A stretch of 64,000 nt of DNA from Raillietiella orientalis (lineage: Eukaryota). Below the pieces are notes generated by a model. It was given only the letters and a program-made list of their open reading frames with translations. It was not told the DNA's origin and did not search any database. Positions within the stretch are counted from its first letter, which is position 1, and each line of letters opens with the position of its first letter. A program made the position numbers and the translations under genes. Positions 62,901-64,000 of the stretch are shown here, in pieces. The stretch spans positions 1,488,001 through 1,552,000 of the forward strand of contig JAYWIR010000023.1 of the NCBI GenBank assembly GCA_036172245.1, given 5' to 3'.

Positions 62901-64000
62901 CGCCCGGGAGCAAGGGGACTGCGCGACATGGACAGTAGAAGGGGACGAGCGAGGATTTGTTCCTTTTCTTCCTCTCCTCCTCCTTCGCCCGCTGCGTTCC
63001 TCCTCTGCAGCAAGGGCTGCCAAAGGCATCTCTGACCTCTGGGTGCAACGACCGCCTAGACCTCCGCAGCATGCGAAGAGCAGGGTGGGAGTGGAGGGAG
63101 CGCAACTCGCTTCGCCCGACTTTTTTTGCTCTGAAGGATGCCTAGGAGGTTCCGGATGCCGATGCCTCTGGAAAGCGGCACCAGAGGGAAACGGCAGACA
63201 GAGGGCTGGAGGGCGCTTAGAAGCTACTGGCGAGCGGGGCGTGGGGCGAAACGCAGGTTGAAGGAGGAGCGACGAGCATCTCACCCACCTGGATCCCTCC
63301 ATTCCCTGAGGCGGGCAGGCAGTGGATTCCCTGGAATTAGCAGAGGGGATCAGTGTGTGGGGAGAGAATTGCAGGGGGGGACGAGAAGAAAAGGGAGAAG
63401 GGGGTGAGGGTGAATTCCACAGCCCATTCTCTACCGCGACTGTTCTTGAGGGTGCCCACGATCTCGGCGTACTCTCTCTGCCTTGGTCGGACTCGCCGCC
63501 AAGCCTGCCCGCGCTCAGGTTCAACTCTGAGTGCACGACCTTCTCGTCCCAGATGAGCCTCCAGGTCTTCGCCAACGCCGGAAAGGGAGCATGCCTTCCT
63601 GTCAGCTCGAAAAGGGGGTATTCGCAGTCATAGTGACTGCGATCGCCGCTGCCGCCTGCCTCTCTTTATTAAGAGACCTTGCGGAAGATGACGCAGATGC
63701 CTCCTAAGGCGCCTCTTCGGTTTCGCTTTGCCACCTTCGGAGCATCCGTTGTCAGGGAGCGGACGGCGCGGAGATAGCACGTGGTCGATCAGGTTCCTCT
63801 TACCATGGCCTGGTCTCCCCTCCCTTCTTCATCGAGGTTCCCCAGCGGGAGCTTGAGATGTGGTCACCCCTCTTCCTGGTTCCCTGCGGGAGCATCACAG
63901 AGATCGGCGGCGCTCAGAATTCACCAAAAAGGGCACCAGGAGCAGCGGCACGACGACGGCGATGACTATCCCTACGGCGGCTCCTTCGGGCAGACCCGAC

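Overview
This window is eukaryotic (arthropod-type) genomic DNA, so nearly all ORFs in the prokaryote-style track are spurious. One host gene is clear: the 3' part of a bHLH-PAS Methoprene-tolerant (Met)-like juvenoid receptor on the + strand. Its spliced exons are about 5937-6111, 9429-9535 and 9584-10113. It carries Thr at the pocket position equivalent to Tribolium V297 (the crustacean-type state) and a C-terminal DSGYRS phosphodegron-like motif. The rest of the window is dominated by decayed L1/Tx1-type non-LTR retrotransposon fragments (ORF1, APE endonuclease, RT, thumb and C-terminal CCHC pieces). About a dozen of these belong to one recognisable family whose best-preserved copy is 61405-62900 (-). 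That family's 3' ends lack a poly(A) tail and instead stop at AATAAA followed by a conserved short stem-loop. A second dispersed repeat has a tRNA-like head and an in-frame 39-42 bp repeat array. It occurs three times, once split by a nested retroelement. Also present are two Gypsy-integrase remnants, an inverted duplication flanked by 23-bp direct repeats, microsatellites, and a weakly supported caspase-like pseudogene at about 51.5-53.5 kb. All family calls come from motif recognition by eye, not database searches, and fragment boundaries are approximate.
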